A program made the translations under genes and the position numbers. From NCBI RefSeq assembly GCF_041146345.1, contig NW_027191410.1:186001-250000 (forward strand): a stretch of DNA of 64,000 bases. Direction: 5' to 3'. Under the pieces are notes generated by a model, which ran no database searches, was not told the origin of the DNA, and worked only from the letters and a program-made list of their open reading frames with translations. Shown piece after piece: positions 11,139-24,091 of the stretch (the stretch's first letter is position 1; each line of letters opens with the position of its first letter). Source of the DNA: Neodothiora populina (lineage: Eukaryota).

Positions 11139-13028
11139 TTACTGCTTCTTCTTCGCATCCTCAGCACTCCTGACTTCCTTGACTTTGAAGATCCCGCTCT
11201 GATACGTCAGCTGCCACAAACACCACAGGTAACACAACACAAAGCCAGCAGTGCCCAGACACACATTACCAACCACCCAGAGATCAGGCATGCTAGCTGG
11301 CGGCGCTATCGCCCTCTGTCCAATATGCCACCAGACCCCACCCGCATAGAACAAGAGATGCACGAGCTTCACCACCATGCTCAAATGTTTCCCCTGCGCG
11401 CCGCCAAAGTACATGTCAAACGAGACAGGAGGCAAGCTCAGAAGATACGCCCACAACCCGACAAGCACGAGATAGGGAAGCGTGAGTTCGTCTCGTTCGA
11501 GCAGAGGATACATGGTCCATACTCCAAGCATGTTGGCGAATCCGACCCAGGCTCGGACCTCTGGCAACAGACCCGGTCCGGATCCTAGCAAGAGCGTCAT
11601 CGGCAAGAGAGGAAGGAGGACGTTCTTCTCATGCACCTGATAAGACGCCAAGAAGAACCCCCATGCTGTAGTTGCGAAAGCCAGAGGGACAAGTTGTTTC
11701 TTGGGTTTGAGGAAGATCAAGATGCAGGGAGGCAAGATGAGAAGCGAAGTCAGGGCCAACGCGGCGCGGGAGACAAGAGTAGTGTCATATCGGTGCAGTT
11801 TGTGCAGACCTGAGGAGTGGACTGCGCACCAGATGTTGGCGACTTTATCTTCGAAAAGTCCGCGCGCAAAGGGAAAGATGCGGTGGATCGACTGTGCAAA
11901 TTGCAGTAGCATGGGATAGTACCATGCTTTCTCGTTGGGTTCGATCGGCAAGTTGGTCAAGAGACTCGGGATCTCAATGTCCGATGCCAACGGGATGCTG
12001 CGGTATGCATCGTAGGCTACTCCCAAGAGAAAAGGTAGGTAGAGGACGGCGAATGAGACCAGAGTCGCAAGAGCGATGGCGACCAACCTGAGGATATCAA
12101 TTCTTGGGAAGACGCAGATGCCGAGAAGGTATGCAAAGACGGCGGGCGCATAGAAGAGCGCCATCTGCTTGAAGCCTAGGGCAGCGACGAAGTAGGCGCA
12201 ACTCCAGAGGTGACGGCCTGCGAGCATGCTCGAAATGCACGCCGTCACTAATCCCAACATGACTGTGTTGTACTGGAAATGTCCATGGTCGATCAGCATG
12301 GTAGCAGGCTGCATCAGTATGGCGGTCAGGGCGATTGTTTGATCCCATGTCGCCACACCCGTCAATCGACCCAGGCGTCGGAGACAGATTACGCAGGCCG
12401 GAACGTAGATTAGATATTCAGACACAAACACAGTCGCCCTCATAAACACCTTCAGACCTTGGCTTTCGAGTCCGCGAGATGCTCTCAGCTCCACCCAAGC
12501 CGGGTTGATAAAGTCGGCGCTGTACTGATATCAGTAACTGCGCGTAGGATCAAATTCCAAGAAAAGAAATGTCTCACACTTTACCCAGGACCCAACTGTG
12601 ATAGGCGGTCAATGGTGGGTAATCTAAGCCCCACCACTGCAAGTCATGGAAGTACCAGTGGGATACTGGTAGTTGGGTGGTGACTTCTAGCCAATGTCGC
12701 TGCGCCTCATAATCCCCAAACATGGGAGGTTTGCCTTGGCCTATACGAATAAGCTTTGAAATTGGTTTGCAGGAAGTGACAACAATCACTTACCGGAGTA
12801 TCCCCAGAAGCCAGTAGCCCATCTGAAGAGGCCTACTGCCATCAAGGTCAATGGCAACACCACCCATAGTGAAACCGTGCCTCTGGCTGGAAGCAAGAAA
12901 GCCACCAGGGGGAAAGCTGGCCACTGCGATTTGGTGTGAGGGTTTGTCAGAATCAATTCATTGTTGATTGCTGCGATAACGTGTCCATCTGCTCTCTTCT
13001 TCCTTGCTCTGTGAGAAGCAGCAGACAT
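11139..13028 (-). CDS. ALG6: Dolichyl-PP-Man9GlcNAc2 alpha-1,3-glucosyltransferase
   Basis: [58 protein letters not shown]. Introns 12741-12793 and 12520-12577. Lys-rich C-terminus AKKKQ. Confidence 0.96.
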
Positions 13029-13607
13029 GGTTCGACTATTGTGGGACAGTATAGGCGGCTACCGTATGTATAAGGGCATACTGTGCTACAAGACATGCAA
13101 TTAGGGTTAACAGGAAGGGGACAGAACTGTTTACCTGAACCCTACACGAGGTAGAGAGAGTGGGCTTGTACAAAGCAGGAGAAGCTGCATAAACAGCTGG
13201 ACAATTACTTGTGCAGTGTTACAGCAGACGCGGTTCGACTGTTGACCAATTGGAGCCAACTTTATCCGAGCCAATGGGTCCACCGCTCGGCCATACTGCA
13301 ACGAGCCCAGGAGCCGAGCGAGGAAGGGTACCTAGTGGACCCTGTGATTATTGTACGGCAAGCATAAGCGTGAACTCGCGCTCTTGCCCCTCCAACACTA
13401 TTCCTGATAAAGAAGGTGAGTTTCAGCACAGGCAAGTGAAGTGCTGGTAAGCAGCAAAGCAGTCGACTCGTACTGTACAATATAGCAGCAGCAGTGGGAG
13501 CCTAGTCAGAGTCTCGTGTTCACAAAGTACAGTAGCTATTCGTAAAGAGAATACTATCAGAAGGAAAAAAAAATCCACTATCATCTCTCACGTCTCCCTC
13601 TACCCGC

Positions 13608-15321
13608 ATGCAGACTGTTCCTCGTACCTTCTGCTTTACACGACGGGCTCCTTCCTATACTACCCTACGAAGCTGCTTTCCATCACCTGCTCTTTCCACA
13701 AGAAGCCGGCCCCACCACCGACCCCTCTTCCACAGACGGAGTCACACTTCTACCACTTCCACTTCTTCTTCTGCTCCTGTTTGGCCATACATCTGTAGAC
13801 AACAAGCGTCGCCCACCATGGCTCCTCAACTCGATGCATACTTCAACCAGGTCGACAGCATGGCCGAGTCGTTCATCGACCGTCTGGCCAAGGCTGTCGC
13901 CATTCCCTCTGTGTCTGCTGATGACGACAAGAGAGGAGAGGTCGTCCGCGTATGTCCTATCCTCTCTGCTGCCTTAAAAAACACATAAAGGCTGACAAGG
14001 ACGATGTTGAATACAGATGGGCAAGTTCCTAGAATCCGAGCTCAAGGCACTCGGCGCACACGTCGAGGCTCGTCCTTTGGGCAAACAACCCGGCAAGGAG
14101 CACCTAGATCTTCCTCCTGTCATCGTCGCTCGCTACGGAGAAGACAAGAACAAGCGCACCATTCTCGTCTACGGCCACTACGATGTTCAACCCGCACTGA
14201 TGGAGGATGGCTGGGCCACGGAACCCTTCAAGCTCACCGTCGACGACAAGGGGCGCATGTACGGACGTGGCAGCACCGACGACAAGGGTCCTGTGCTCGG
14301 TTGGCTGAACGCCATCGAGGCTCACCAGAAGGCTGGTGTTGACTTCCCTGTCAACCTGCTCATGTGCTTCGAGGGTATGGAGGAGTATGGCAGTGAAGGC
14401 CTGGACGACTTCATCAACGCCGAGGCCAAGAAATTCTTCAAGGACGCCGATGCCGTGTGCATCAGCGACAACTACTGGCTGGGCACGGAGAAGCCCTGCC
14501 TGACATATGGACTCAGAGGATGCAACTACTACAGCATCGAGATCAGCGGTCCCGGCCAGGACTTGCACAGTGGCGTGTTCGGTGGCACCGCACAGGAGCC
14601 TATGACCGACCTCGTGCGCGTCATGGGAAGCCTTGTCGATACCCACGGAAGGATCCAGATCCCCGGTTTGATGGATCTCGTAGCCCCACTCACTGATGAG
14701 GAGAAGGAGCTGTACAAGGGTATTGCATTCACCATGGACAACCTCTACGAGTCACTCGGGAGCCAGACGGGCATCTACGACGACAAGGAGCGCACCCTCA
14801 TGGCCCGCTGGCGATTCCCCTCGTTGTCTCTCCACGGCATCGAGGGCGCATTCTCTGCTCCCGGAGCCAAGACGGTGATCCCAGCCAAGGTGATTGGCAA
14901 GTTCAGTATCAGAACCGTCCCCAACATGGAGATCGCCGACGTCAACAAGCTCGTCTTTGACTATGTCAACAAGACTTTCGCTGCACTCGGCTCGAAGAAC
15001 ACATGCAAGGTGATTGAGCAGCACTCGGGCAAGTGGTGGGTGGCCTCACCCAAGCACTGGAACTTCACCGCTGCGGCCAAGGCCGTGGAGAAGGTGTGGA
15101 AGGTGCAGCCTGATCTGACTCGCGAGGGTGGCAGTATCCCCGTGACTTTGACCTTTGAGCAGGCCACTGGAAAGAATGTGTTGCTTCTGCCCATGGGAAG
15201 CAGCACGGATGCGGCGCACAGCATCAACGAGAAGCTGGATCGCAGGAACTACATTGAGGGAATCAAGCTCCTGGGTGCCTATCTACACTACGTTGCCGAG
15301 GAGCCCATGAAGGAGTCATAA
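13608..15321 (+). CDS. DUG1: Cys-Gly metallodipeptidase (M20 family, glutathione degradation); alternative start at 13818
   Basis: YGHYDVQPA, GRGSTDDKGP, FEGMEEYGS, REGGSIP, AHSINEK; intron 13950-14016. The conserved start MAPQLD is at 13818. Confidence 0.95.
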
Positions 15322-15677
15322 GATCGGATAGGAAATGGATTGAATAGATAGTAAGAGATACCACCACGAATTTACACCACTTGCACGTAAAACTCTTTTG
15401 CTTTTCTCCTCTGGCATTCATTCATATTCCTATTTTGGTATCAGTTACAATAAATGTTGCTCACTGTATCTACACATGTCCGCTCTTTCGTCCTAGTCGA
15501 TGCTGCAGCATACTGCACATACATGCGGGTCCCAGTTTCGACATGAGTACTCATAGATACAACCTAAGCAATAGAATATGTACAACCAGAATTGCTTTCG
15601 TATCACATGTCTAACATCCCATATGCTCCGTAATGCAATTTACCATGTCCCCTGCATGTGCAAGGACAGACCTCTTA

Positions 15678-16466
15678 TCAGGTCTCCTTGGGCATCTCCA
15701 TATTCAACCCGTTCTTCTCACCAACATTCAGCGCAACCAAGAACCTGCTGACGCAATTATACGTAGCGACCGTAGCCGTCATCTCCATAACGCCCGTCTC
15801 ACCAAGCAGCGCCTTACACGACTCGAAAACGGCATCATCAACAACCACGCTCCGGGTCATCTGATCCGTAAGACAAAGCACCGCCCACTCGTCTTCGGCC
15901 AACTTCTCCACCTCTTCCTCACTCCTCTCTCGTCCACCAGAAGGCACGACGTCCGCCCTTCTCACGACGTCCAGAGCCGCTCTCGCAAGCCCGCCCTTGA
16001 GCGCCAGCGGCGCATGCGCATCCCACTCCCAGACAGCGCCGTTCAGGATCGCGATGCGCGAGACGGCCATCTCCATGAGCGCGGGCGAGAGCGACGTCTT
16101 GGAGCGGATGGCGCCGAGGAGCGTGTTCCACCCGTCGGCGATCGAGGGGTTGTGCAGCAGGGCGAGGTCGAGGGGGATCAGAGGCCGCGGTTTCCGCCGC
16201 TCGGAGATGCGGTTGTAGGTTGCTTTTGTTTCGGCGCTGGAGGTCTCTGGCGGGGTTGTGGGGGCGTAGGGAATGCGCATCTTTGTGGGTGCGGTTGGGG
16301 AGAGGTGGATGGAGCGGCGGTGGTGGGGTTGGAGGGGCAAGTGTGGTTGTGCGGTCCGTAGTGCTCTTGGGTAGTACTTTGGTCGTCGAAGGAGGAATGA
16401 GGGAACTGACTGGACTCGAGAGCGGAGAGTCAGAGGGTGTATATGCGATAGAGACCCGCTCATCAT
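15678..16466 (-). CDS. Carboxymuconolactone decarboxylase/AhpD-like protein; core start probably 16280 (MRIPY)
   Basis: LDLALLHNPSIADGWN, EMAVSRIAILNGAVWEWDAH, EMTATVATYNCVSRFLVALNV. Confidence 0.85.
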   Translation of the reverse strand: MMSGSLSHIHPLTLRSRVQSVPSFLLRRPKYYPRALRTAQPHLPLQPHHRRSIHLSPTAPTKMRIPYAPTTPPETSSAETKATYNRISERRKPRPLIPLDLALLHNPSIADGWNTLLGAIRSKTSLSPALMEMAVSRIAILNGAVWEWDAHAPLALKGGLARAALDVVRRADVVPSGGRERSEEEVEKLAEDEWAVLCLTDQMTRSVVVDDAVFESCKALLGETGVMEMTATVATYNCVSRFLVALNVGEKNGLNMEMPKET

Positions 16467-16915
16467 TGCCGAAGGTGGGGTAATCGAGGTGGCCAGCACA
16501 CGAGTGGTAACGATGTGGAACAATTCCGGTACGTCACGAGGGAAGAATGCAGTGTTGGTCAACTAGGTACCTTATACACAATGTCGTGCACTCGGCACTG
16601 AGGATCTCAAGGTTGTCAGTATCGAAGATATAGCGACAGGGATCGCAAAGAGTCTCGTCAAATCTTCGTTTATGGTATACATCTCGTTGTGCAAATTCGC
16701 CTGTATCATGTAAAAGCAATAGCTATGAAAAGGAGAAAAGAGAAAGACGAAAAGTCATCGAGAAATCATTAAACCCGAACGGAGGCCCCACATGAGGAGC
16801 CAGTATGGTATACCCAAACAGTCTCTCCGAATCAACGCCATAAAATCTATGCCTTTAAAATGTAGACCCTTTGCCTGCTTTGTCAAACGGTATCTGAATT
16901 GCGTCTCTTCTTCCA

Positions 16916-17630
16916 TCATTGACCATTTGTATTTGAATTGGTAATGGTACTCTTCGTGGGCTTCGTGGGCGCGGCTCTCATTCTGAATGCTTTGTCTGCA
17001 CATGGTCGAGTCAGCGGTGCGTCTTCAAAGAGTGTGTGAGAAATATCCAATATGCTTGCCTTGGTGTCGTACTTTGTACAATAGACCAACCATGACCTCG
17101 ACTTCGCTCACAGCAGCAGCATTGAAGTTTTTCCTGACGGCTAGGGCCAGCGAGTCTTTGCCAACCTTGCGCTTGCTCTTCTTTCGACACATGGTCGGCG
17201 ATTGTCTGCCAATGCCAGGATTGGTGAGGAGGTATTGGTTGCGCTGGTTGCTGAAGGCCGAAGGGGTGGCCATATGATGGCTCTGACGGTAGGCATGTAG
17301 AAGAGGTAGGGGTTCGCTGGACCAGGTGAACTGCGTATGCGACTCGTTGTCAGAAAGGGCCATGGACTGATCAGAAACAATAGATACGGCACATACAGCA
17401 TTTCCACCCACTTGCTGAGCGGCGGCCGCAACAGCGGCGCTGGTAGCAGCAGCGGCCGCGTCACTAGCATTCACAGCATCTCTGAGAAGGCTGCTCCCTC
17501 CATTCGTCTGGGCCGCTTGCCTCTTGCCTCTGACGCCACTGCTACTCGTCTGCTTGGGGTGCGTGCTGCTCGAGCCTTCGCTCCTCGAGTCTTGGTCTTC
17601 CTTGACCACACGGGATCCTTTCGGCGGCAT
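16916..17630 (-). CDS. SAP30: Histone deacetylase complex subunit SAP30 (Sin3-binding domain)
   Basis: MPPK..; LHAYR..; KDSLALAVRKNFNAAAVSEVEVMVGLLYKVRHQ|DKAFRMR. Introns 17331-17396 and GC-AG 16996-17059. Confidence 0.8.
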
Positions 17631-18263
17631 GGTGTAAACGGTACGCGGTGAGTGCAGACAACAGGGCGAGAGAGACGGAGAAGAAGAGAAAGGTGGGAGT
17701 GTCAACGGACAAGTCGTTACATGTCCCTCAGATGACAAGCCGTGCGGGGAGTGTCACGGCGAGTGTTACTGTGACTCCGTCTCGTCCAAGGAAACAGATC
17801 TGCGCGCGGTCGTCGGTCTTTGAGTTTGGTGGATCTCAGGACACGGGACGGGGCAATGACGAATGCAAGCGAGGTCAGGATAGGGATACTTGTATCAATT
17901 CATGGGAAACCCCGAGAGAACGTGATCGTCGCCGAATGATTATTGGCGAAGAATCAAAGCACATAAGCAAAGGCAGTGGCAGAGGCACAAAGGCACAAAA
18001 GAAGCAGGAACTCGACAAATCAAACCAATCCAAGGCCACACAACCCGCGTGATTGATTGTGCCTTTCACTCCTTTGGAAGGCGCGCGACAGGTCCGCACA
18101 AAAATCGCCCTCGCAACGTCATTTCAAGGGTTCACTTCCGCTCCACTGCGTCCGCCGGGTGGCTTGTGCGCCAAAGTAAAATACAGGTACCGTGAGAACT
18201 GTATTATTGCGGCTGCGGCTAACGGGACCGGGGCTGCTCGACACTGCTTCCATAAAATATACC

Positions 18264-19374
18264 ATGCCACCTTCCACCCAGGAGCTCGAGGGGTTCACTT
18301 GTTGGCTACTTGACGTTCGTGCGCTCTGGCCCGGCGGTAAGATCCAAGATGCTGTCAGTACAACATACATACCAATCTATGGTCACTGGCAAATCGGTAT
18401 CTGACTGATAAAAGGCCGCCGATGTCCTGGAGCTGTTGTCACCCGAAGAGCGAGAGACATGTCTGCGTAAGATGTTCATTGCCGACGCCCGCATGTCTCT
18501 CGGCTCTGCACTTCTAAAAAGGTTGTTCATTTCGAGATCACTCGGTATTCCTTGGAAACAAGTCAAAATAGCACGTAAGGGTGATCCAACCCATGGAAAG
18601 CCTGCGGCACTGTCACCTGATGGTAGCTTTGCACCGATCGACTTCAATGTATCCCATCAGGCTGGTCTAGTGGCGCTTGTCGGCTGCAGAACAGGCCAAG
18701 CTAGAGAACAAACCACGGATGGTTTGACACAAGTTGGGGTTGACATTGTGTGTGTCAACGAGAGAGACGACTATCGCACTATTGATCAAGAAGGCTTTGA
18801 TGGCTGGATCGACATCTACGAGGAAGTTTTCTCCGAAGAGGAACGGTGGGATATGAAGTTCAAGATCGATTCTCTGACTCTTCTCGATGGTCGAACACTC
18901 ACTGGCGAACAAATCGGCCGTAACGATCGCTGCGTGCACCGGCACCGTGACTTGACCGTCAGGTTGCCCTCTGGTCAGACGGAGACCTTCACTAGTGACA
19001 TTTTAATTGATGCTAAGCTCCGCCGATTCTATACCTTCTTCTGCTACAAGGAGGCTTACATCAAGCTCGCTGGTGAGGCTTTACTAGCTCCCTGGCTGAA
19101 GCAATTGGAGTTCCACAACGTTAAAAGCCCAGAGCCTGGTACTGTTGCTAGATGCTCTACTCACGGTGTCTGGGGAGAGAAGGTCGACGATGTCGAGGTT
19201 AGTCTGCATGGCAAGACAGTCAGTGACGTTCGCATGTCCATACAGGCCTTCGAAGAATCTTTTATGATCGCAACAGCAGTGCGTGGACCGTCACTCTCCC
19301 AATTGCCGTCCTTCACAGGGTTGCATCTGGAACATGACATCCTCCCCTACACTACGAAAGAGTATGCGTTATGA
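18264..19374 (+). CDS. LYS5: Sfp-type 4'-phosphopantetheinyl transferase (Lys5/NpgA)
   Basis: HGKP, DFNVSHQAGLV, VGVDIV, FCYKEAYIKLAGEAL; intron 18354-18414. Confidence 0.92.
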
Positions 19375-19829
19375 TGTGGCTCTTTGGCTATCGCAAGGCC
19401 TAGATAGCTGGACCCCTTGCACGTGCAAGGTGTCCATAGGATTTAAATGCGTACAAGGGTTTAGCGCCTCCTGTCTATCAGATAAACCAACAGAATTTAA
19501 TTTCACTGTTCTTTCATTTTCACAGAGGGTTCTAAGTCAGGTGTGAATATATCTCTGGAAATGGTTACGCGGCTGGACTTCGGTTGACCCCACAAAATGG
19601 TCAATCGCCATATACTGTACGAACTGCTTTGTTACCAGAACAAGCCCAATATCGAATATCAAACGCCACCACCTCTAGAAGCACCAATTTACGATTCCAC
19701 ATCATAATAATACCCATGCAATAGCATTGGCTCTCAGCCTAATAACAGAACAAGGAAATCTGCAAAATCTGGTTCTACAGTAGATTGTTTCTCACGTGTA
19801 TCAAAAGACAAGGTCGGTTTTGAAAAACC

Positions 19830-20684
19830 ATGACTTCCTCCACTCAACCACAACCAAAATCCATCTTGAAAAAGACACAACTCCCTTTGCCTGATGTATC
19901 TCCTAATATTCCGAAACCGACTTCGGATGTCGAGAAGAGAAGACTAGCGATCGCAGTCGAGCAAGCACGGCTTATTCAAGAGCAAAAAGATGTCCTGGCA
20001 ACAGTCCTTAACTCAATCGAAGAGTTGTCCGACTATCCAGCCGCCTCTTCTCCGACAGACCAAGAGATCCAGAGGTTCCTCACTTTAGTCATGCAATTTC
20101 AACCGTCAGACTACGACGCTCTGATAGAAGAGCGTCACGTGAATGGTCGATGCGGGTATACTCTGTGTGCTGCACCGCCTCGAGCTACTGATCGCAATCG
20201 CCCCTGGCTTCGAGCCAAAGGTTCCGAGAACTGGTGCACCGATGCCTGCGCCAAACGCGCTCTCTATATCAGAGCCCAGCTCGACGAAACCCCTGCATGG
20301 GAAAGGCGAGGCGGTATAGGTCCAGCCATAGTCTTGTACGACGAGCGCAAACTCGCCGCTTCCGCCACAGCCAAGGCAGCTTCAGACCAGAGACGCACCG
20401 AACAGCGGAATTTGGCCCTCGAGCGCGGTGAGGGCAAAGTCGCTGCTTTCAAGATCGAGGGAGTCATGATCACAGAGATTTTGGAGAAGACGACGACCGG
20501 CTCAGACGCCAAACCTCCTTTTCTGACACCTGCTGAAAACGAGGTCCATAATCTGATCGAGGGCTATCAAACTAAAGGCACGACGGTCGCGAACGGCGTC
20601 AAGCTGGACGATGACGAAGACGATGATGAAGAAGATACGGATCTACTACCATTCTGCCCACCGCGCTATCAACACTTGGGGTAG
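19830..20684 (+). CDS. RTR1: RNA polymerase II CTD phosphatase Rtr1/RPAP2-like
   Basis: DYDALIEERHVNGRCGYTLC...WCTDAC zinc-binding RPAP2 signature. Confidence 0.85.
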   Translation: MTSSTQPQPKSILKKTQLPLPDVSPNIPKPTSDVEKRRLAIAVEQARLIQEQKDVLATVLNSIEELSDYPAASSPTDQEIQRFLTLVMQFQPSDYDALIEERHVNGRCGYTLCAAPPRATDRNRPWLRAKGSENWCTDACAKRALYIRAQLDETPAWERRGGIGPAIVLYDERKLAASATAKAASDQRRTEQRNLALERGEGKVAAFKIEGVMITEILEKTTTGSDAKPPFLTPAENEVHNLIEGYQTKGTTVANGVKLDDDEDDDEEDTDLLPFCPPRYQHLG

Positions 20685-21170
20685 TTTCTAGATACTGCTC
20701 GTGAATCACTTAGATCAAAGATAATTCTGGTGACACAAGAGATCCGACGTACAGTATCATGGGGATCAAGGATGGAAGGCGCAAGGCACGAGCCTAGTAG
20801 AAAATATTGGCAGTATTCCTATGACCTTTGAGTGAATGTTGTAATTCATCGAATGTCTTTGCTCGTCGATCAATTCTAGCCATGGCAAACCTCTCGTGCC
20901 ACGATCAAGGACTTTCCGACTATCCCCTGTTTTGAGTGCTGCACCAGGTTTCTCTACATTCGTCACCCTTTTCTACACCTTCATCTCAATTTGTGTCCTA
21001 ATTTCCCGTCTGGTATCAAGGAACCAATTTCCAAAAAGGCGAGTGATGTCTGGCTCTGGGACGAGCGACTGACGCCCATTGCTTGGCGGCCCCTCGTGGC
21101 ACTCACACTGTACCTGTTCTGACTTTCTTGCCGAACCATCGACTCCCTAAAGTCAACCACATCACTTACA

Positions 21171-22181
21171 ATGGCAGCTAATTACTGGGACTCTACTCAA
21201 GCGCGTTTTTGGACGTTCACCAAAGATGGACTCGGTGAGATTCGAGAAGCATTAAGCAATACGAACAGAGCCCTTGTTACGAAGCACCCACTTCCAGATC
21301 CGCGTTTACTTAGCATCTATTTCCAACAGCGTAGGTGTAATGAAAATATTGAAAGGCAAGATAAGCTGATTGTTCTTTCATAGAAATCACTAAACTTGCG
21401 CGACGTATGAATCTGAGGCAACAGCCTATTGCGACAGCTCAGATTTATATCCGTCGATTCTACACCAAGGTGGAGATCCGGAGAACTAATCCGTACGCTA
21501 TCATGACTACTGCAGTATATCTTGCCTCGAAGATGGAAGAATCGCCTGTACATATTCGATTCGTACTTGGTGAAGCAGCACGCCAATGGCCAGGTGAGCT
21601 CGGGACATCGCCAAGAATGCTTCTGTGATACTGCAGCTAACTCCCTACTAGAACTAGGATTTAATGATATATCTAAAATTGGCGAATGCGAGTTCCATAT
21701 GATCAGTGTTCTCTCCGCCCGTCTGATTATCCATCATCCATACCGTACTCTATCTGACTTGAGCTTCGCTTTCCCTCTGACGACAGAGGAGAGTGCTTTG
21801 GCTCACTCTATCATAAACGATCATTACAATACTGATCTACCCTTACTATACCCGCCTCACATAATAGCGGTAACAGCAATCTTTCTTTCGGTGGTCTTAA
21901 AACCAGCTCAGTCTGGCCTGCAAGCACACGCCGCGGCAACGAGCTCCAGCAACCTTCAGGTGGCACTTCAGCAAGGTTTGAGTGCTATAGGAGGTACCAA
22001 ATCTGCAAGCAGCAAAATCACGCGTCTGGTCGAATGGCTGGCTGAAAGCAAGATTGATATGGAAGCTGTCATCGTCACGACCCAAGAACTCATCAGTTTG
22101 TACGAAATCTGGGAGAGCTACAACGAACGTCTCTGCAGGGATGCCATTTCAGCCTTCATGAAGGACAGTATGAACAAATGA
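21171..22181 (+). CDS. SSN8: Cyclin C (Mediator kinase module)
   Basis: [57 protein letters not shown]; introns 21331-21383 and 21594-21651. Confidence 0.95.
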
Positions 22182-22866
22182 GAGGGCTTCTAATGACCCC
22201 AAATCATTATGGTTTGATGTTGACGACGCATCACTGTCATCTCGGGATCAAATCTCATGCAATCGGATCTAGTGCGTGCAGACTACAGCACTTCTGTCGC
22301 ACAGCGGCATTCTAGTGTAAGCATGTATCAGCCGTCGAGCGAAGACCGACTGGCGCTTCGGGATCAGGGATCGTGAGTTGGTCGGCCCCTGCATCAAACA
22401 TCCTGCTCAAAACGAGCACATCTGCTTGCGTGGACCCTTTGAACCCACGCAACCGGCGAGTGCTCGCAAAGACGGCAGCGGTACTCGATAACCAGCTGTT
22501 ACTTCCTCCTCAACACTCGACTTTAACAAGTCAATTCAGGACATATGTCCTACCCTACACGACCTAGATGCACCAAGAAGCGCGACGCTTGTTGAGGCGG
22601 ACTTCAGCTTGTCCTGGAGATGGATCAAGTCTGGTCGATAGGTGATGCTTCTGTAGGTCAACCTTGACGAGTTCCTGGTAACGATAGGAGATGTGCTTAA
22701 CGTAGGCATGTTGGATGGAGGCCCGGATGATGCGTGCAAGGTAATGTTACCAGCTGGCAGCAGCAGCATGTATCGAGGCTGACGGAACGACAAGGGAGAT
22801 GCCTCGTCCTGTGCGGTAGCTGTGGCTGAATGATGATGACGACTGAACGGAAGGTCTTGGTCAGCA

Positions 22867-23691
22867 TCATCTTTTCTCCGCAACCGCCCACCAGTTGTCT
22901 TTGTCGTAGCCGCTTTCAACAATGATACCACCTGCAGCCTCGACATCCTGATTTAATTCCCACTCGCGGTATAGATGATAATATCGGTGGAAAGTCTTAT
23001 CAGGTATCGGCTCCGACAGCTGCTGCGCATCTTGAGCGGAATTGTCCGCATCCTTTGCTGCTCGATTCTTCTTGGCCTTGGCTACCTTTGGCTGAGGCTG
23101 TCGCAGCACCCAAGGCACCATGACATCCTGATCATCGCCTTTGTCCCAAGCCCTCCTGCTGTCCTTTTGCTCAAGCGCCCAGACATAGACCAATGCCCTA
23201 CCACCAGACACCAGCGTATCCAACACATGCTTAACGCCCTGTATCCTCCTCTCAGGCGTAGACAAATGATGCATGACAGCGATACTGATGGCAAAGTCGA
23301 ACCTTGCGAGCGGATGCGGCAGGTCAAAAAGATCGGCGACGACAGCAGCGTGAGGCTGATGCGCAGCAGCGAACTTTGTGAGATTCGGCGATCGATCGCT
23401 GCCGACGATGAAGACAGACGGGTTCACGGTGAGGTATTTGCCGTTGCCGCAGCCAATGTCCAGACCGATGGAGCCGGGCGGTAGTTCTTTCAGGAAGCGC
23501 TCTATTACTGGCCATGGCTATATGCATCTCAGTAACATGTGCGACCATGGTGGAATAGATTGAAGATGTGAAATTTAGATAGAGTGGAATCGCACCTTGT
23601 ATCGCGTTGCGGAAAAGTGAGTCGCTATCTGCTCGTACACCTCGTGCACATGCTGGCTCTCGTATTCTTCTCCTCTTTGGCCTTCCTCCAT
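22867..23691 (-). CDS. TRM9: tRNA (carboxymethyluridine(34)-5-O)-methyltransferase
   Basis: YESQHVHEVYEQIATHFSATRYK|PWPVIERFL, LDIGCGNGKY, SIAVMHHLST, YVWALEQ, RYYHLY; intron 23518-23595. Confidence 0.93.
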
Positions 23692-24091
23692 TCTTTTTTC
23701 TTTTTCAAATGCCGTGTGTCTCGACTGCTTATAATTTCGAGTGGAACATGAATGACACAAAACTTATGCGGCTCTGTGGGGAATAGATCCATCGACGTCA
23801 AGTCCGTGCGTTGGCTCGCTATAGGTATCACTTTTCTGTGGACATTCTTTCGTCTCCTGTGTCTGGAGTGTTTGAGACAAAGGTAGGATTTCTCTCTGCA
23901 GATGACAAGTACATGACTCGCTTGGTAAAAAAGCCATGTGAGCCCATCTCGGTTACGCTGGTCAGATCATACGATTATCTAGTCATGGCATCAAAAGGGC
24001 CTAGCACATGGAAGTGCACTCCGAGGTGTCAGTTCCAATACTTTATACAAAGTATACAACATCTAGGTCAAAATGGCCCTGCCCCCAGATC

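Noticed and set aside
13029..13240. GGTTCGA T-loop-like strings suggesting tRNA
   Set aside because: No cloverleaf stems or A-box around them.
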